Origin: Escherichia phage UGJNEcP1 | Strand: one strand, 5' to 3' | Length of the DNA stretch: 64,000 nt | Sequence record: OV754623 | Part shown: positions 61,609 through 64,000 of the stretch, piece after piece | How positions within the stretch are numbered: the first letter of the stretch is position 1 | Layout: each line of letters starts with the position of its first letter | Notes under the pieces: generated by a model | Told to the model about the DNA's origin: nothing | Seen by the model: only the letters and a program-made list of their open reading frames with translations | Databases searched by the model: none | Made by a program: the position numbers and the translations under genes

Positions 61609-62132
61609 CATTTTAGCAAAATAAAATCAACTTGTTCTGCCAATGAACGTCTGAACATTAATTGACAACTTCCAAGGATGAAATCAGGTGCTTCATAGAC
61701 CGCGATGTAGTATCCTTTAGCTTTCAAGAGTTCAACATCCACCTGGTCATCAAACCATGCATAGACCGCGTCAACACTTTCAAATCCAAAATAGAACTCT
61801 TGAGCCCAATCTTCGCTCAATTCAAATGTGTGCTCAATTCTATGGTATCTTAAGGTATTTTGTTCAAGGAGTTTGTCTTCATTTACTGTAGGACGATTAG
61901 GGACATTATAGTTGTCGCCATGATGGTAGAAGTTACCTGAGAGTATTCCATGCTTATCAAGGAACTCCCATGTTTCTTCAGAGTTGTCGGTGCCCGACCA
62001 ACCGTATGGCGAACGAGGTTCTTTATTCCAAGAGGTTTCCCAAATTCTGACGGCTTTACCGTCTTCAATAGCAATTCCTGGTAATGATTCACGTTGAGTA
62101 CAAAAACTACGTTCTACTCGGTAAACTAACAT
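61608..62132 (-). CDS. hypothetical protein
   Basis: 174-aa ORF; early-type promoter and GAGGAG SD upstream. Confidence 0.5.
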   Translation of the reverse strand: MLVYRVERSFCTQRESLPGIAIEDGKAVRIWETSWNKEPRSPYGWSGTDNSEETWEFLDKHGILSGNFYHHGDNYNVPNRPTVNEDKLLEQNTLRYHRIEHTFELSEDWAQEFYFGFESVDAVYAWFDDQVDVELLKAKGYYIAVYEAPDFILGSCQLMFRRSLAEQVDFILLK

Positions 62133-62158
62133 ATTATTCTCCTCTGGTTGATATGGTT

Positions 62159-62187
62159 ATAATATCAAAACCAGAGGAGAAGTAAAC
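62159..62187 (-). promoter_or_regulatory. T4 early-type promoter (GTTTAC-N17-TATTAT)
   Basis: Upstream of the ORF starting at 62132; inverted repeat CTCCTCTGGTT / AACCAGAGGAG. Confidence 0.5.
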
Positions 62188-62191
62188 AACT

Positions 62192-62611
62192 TTATGCAAA
62201 AGATGCTGGACAATATTTTTTGATTTGGAACTCAGGAACTACCATGAACTGACCAGCAAAAACAATGTTATAAAGCTTGACGCCATCTTCAACCCATTGG
62301 TCACTGATGAACCCAGCGACTTGATTCGTTGTCCACGGTGTTCCGTCTGTCGCAGAGGCAATGGTGAACTTGTGGTCTTTTACAACTAAAACCGATCTGC
62401 ACAGTTTCCATTTGAACGCTTTTTCTTCCGGTTCAATGAATTGGCTTTTAACGTAACCAATGTTACCATCGGCGTCACGAACTTTAATTTCGTTACGTCC
62501 AAAAACAGGATCACTCACATAAAGAACTTCAACCAACTTCCCGGCAACTTTAGAGCGAGAAGCATCCGATACGTGTACATAATCACCAATAGAGAGATTT
62601 GCAATATTCAT
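62192..62611 (-). CDS. paralogue A of a tandem family (KOW-like N-terminus, DQWVEDG C-terminal motif)
   Basis: C-terminus GFISDQWVEDGVKLYNIVFAGQF shared with the next two genes; N-terminus SIGDYVHVSDASRSKVAGKLVEV shared with paralogue B. Confidence 0.55.
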   Translation of the reverse strand: MNIANLSIGDYVHVSDASRSKVAGKLVEVLYVSDPVFGRNEIKVRDADGNIGYVKSQFIEPEEKAFKWKLCRSVLVVKDHKFTIASATDGTPWTTNQVAGFISDQWVEDGVKLYNIVFAGQFMVVPEFQIKKYCPASFA

Positions 62612-62620
62612 AATAATTCC

Positions 62621-63085
62621 TTAAGCTTTACGAGGAGACACATAGCGAGTGATTTCAGATTCTTCAACAACTCGGAAGTCACCTAAGAATACAATATTGT
62701 ATAGCTTTTTACCATCTTCAACCCATTGGTCGCTGATGAAGCCGCACATAGTATCAGTTTTGCTTGGATAACCGTATTCGTCGATGTAATCAAATTCTTT
62801 ATCGGTTATAAATTCAACGCCTTTGCAAAGGGCCCATTTGAACTGTGTAGTAGGCTCAACGATATCGCTTGAAGCAAATTGGACTCGTATATGTTTTTCC
62901 AGGAATTTAGGACTTACGTAAGCATACTGGGCATCTTGTCCGCCAAAACTCGGGATGATTCGAACTTTAACTTCTTTAACACGTCCCATGCCGTTAGTAC
63001 GAAGCCCTGCTACTTCAACCAGACGACCTGCAGCTTTAGAACGAGAAGCAGGAGATACACGAAGGATTTCACCAATAGTAATCAT
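62621..63085 (-). CDS. paralogue B of the tandem family
   Basis: ORF 62621..63148 trimmed to Met 22 (track start lies in the promoter); GFISDQWVEDGKKLYNIVFLGDF. Confidence 0.55.
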   Translation of the reverse strand: MITIGEILRVSPASRSKAAGRLVEVAGLRTNGMGRVKEVKVRIIPSFGGQDAQYAYVSPKFLEKHIRVQFASSDIVEPTTQFKWALCKGVEFITDKEFDYIDEYGYPSKTDTMCGFISDQWVEDGKKLYNIVFLGDFRVVEESEITRYVSPRKA

Positions 63086-63115
63086 AATTTCTCTCTCTTT
63101 GTTTAAATTGAATTC

Positions 63116-63145
63116 ACTATACTCCATCCATCCTTGGATGTACAA
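63116..63145 (-). promoter_or_regulatory. early-type promoter variant (TTGTAC-N18-TATAGT)
   Basis: Upstream of paralogue B (start 63085); spacer CCAAGGATGG. Confidence 0.45.
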
Positions 63146-63147
63146 CA

Positions 63148-63642
63148 TTAATTAAGGATATTAACCACAGCACTACGTGGAACAACACTAAAATCACCAG
63201 CATGAACAACGTTAATAAGTTCAACACCATCTTCAATCCACTGGTCAGTTACCCATCCACTCACTGGACCTGCGAACGGACGTCGAATTGAAACGGCTTT
63301 ACACAACAAATCAGTAGGCTCAATAGGCTTAATCAGAGTACCGTACATACAAGCGATGTCCATATCAAAGTGGAGACCATCTTTAACAGGTGCTTCTTCA
63401 ATCAACAGTTCAAAGTCTGTGCTTGGAAGGGCGGTAGTAGAAATTGTACCGTATGAATTTTTAATTTCTAAGAATAACCAAGGGCCTTCAGCTTGTTTGA
63501 TGAAGTTAACAATAGTGAAACTATTACCTTGAGTGGCACCTAAAATTTCACAAAACTTTTCATAAGCTCGCACTGAAGCACCGTACCAATTGATTTGTTT
63601 TTCGTCTTTCAGGATGTAAGTAGCCGTAGTATTGATATTCAT
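63148..63642 (-). CDS. paralogue C of the tandem family (C-terminal domain only shared)
   Basis: C-terminus GWVTDQWIEDGVELINVVHAGDF; own promoter and AGGAAA SD. Confidence 0.55.
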   Translation of the reverse strand: MNINTTATYILKDEKQINWYGASVRAYEKFCEILGATQGNSFTIVNFIKQAEGPWLFLEIKNSYGTISTTALPSTDFELLIEEAPVKDGLHFDMDIACMYGTLIKPIEPTDLLCKAVSIRRPFAGPVSGWVTDQWIEDGVELINVVHAGDFSVVPRSAVVNILN

Positions 63643-63673
63643 AATGTTTTTCCTGTTTGGTTAAGATAGAAAG

Positions 63674-63703
63674 ATTATACTCCAACCATCCTTGGTTGTA
63701 AAC
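63674..63703 (-). promoter_or_regulatory. T4 early-type promoter (GTTTAC-N18-TATAAT)
   Basis: Upstream of paralogue C (start 63642); spacer CCAAGGATGG. Confidence 0.5.
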
Positions 63704-63707
63704 TGTT

Positions 63708-64000
63708 TTATCGCTGTTTTACACTTAACGGGTCAGGATTCTCAGGGACATCTTCAAGGCCAAGCGCATAACGCTGGGCATATTTTAACATCAAAATATC
63801 TTTAGCACAATCATGAATACTATCATGGGCAACGAATCCTTTTAGCGTACCCATCGGTAATGGACACATACTTAATCCTCGTGTCAACGAGTAAGCTTCG
63901 ATTGCCGTACGAATATCACGTTGAGCCCAGAATTTAACAGGTTCTAATTTATCAGTATCAATATCTGGTTCAAGAACACCTTCATCACGATAGAGGTCAC
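63708..64000 (-). CDS. hypothetical protein (3' end only; start lies beyond the window)
   Basis: Hand-translated minus frame open to the window edge, ending ...ENPDPLSVKQR just upstream of the 63674..63703 promoter. Confidence 0.35.
   Translation of the reverse strand, partial: DLYRDEGVLEPDIDTDKLEPVKFWAQRDIRTAIEAYSLTRGLSMCPLPMGTLKGFVAHDSIHDCAKDILMLKYAQRYALGLEDVPENPDPLSVKQR

Overview
This window is a T4-like (T-even, Tevenvirinae-type) myovirus genome segment, co-linear with phage T4 from uvsW to the region beyond gene 39. All gene names rest on my recollection of T4 proteins and gene order plus motifs read from the ORF translations; no database search was run. Plus-strand late genes: uvsW (5' partial), uvsW.1, baseplate hub genes 51-27-28-29-48-54, long tail fibre genes 34-35-36-37-38 and holin t. 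Minus-strand genes: uvsY, baseplate 25-26, alt, DNA ligase (30) and the 30.x ORFs, rIII, 31, cd, pseT, a spanin pair, alc, rnlA, denA, nrdB, nrdA, td, frd, 32, 59, 33, dsbA, rnh, asiA, motA, 52, ndd, denB, rIIB, rIIA and an unsplit gene 39. Regulatory signals are dense: about 20 T4 early-type promoters (GTTTAC, 17-18 nt spacer, TAnnAT), TATAAATA late promoters, a MotA-box middle promoter, and many UUCG/CGAA-tetraloop hairpins, often as promoter plus stem-loop cassettes. Content that departs from the T4 backbone as I recall it: a class I DAHP synthase between cd and pseT, a candidate GT-B glycosyltransferase between rIIA.1 and gene 39, a GIY-YIG homing endonuclease between 59 and 33, a tandem array of three paralogues near the 3' end, and a duplicated motA promoter-leader driving an extra small ORF. 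No tRNA, rRNA, CRISPR array or integrase was seen. td and nrdB are intron-free. Hand-derived coordinates of small unlisted ORFs and regulatory sites may be off by 1-2 nt.
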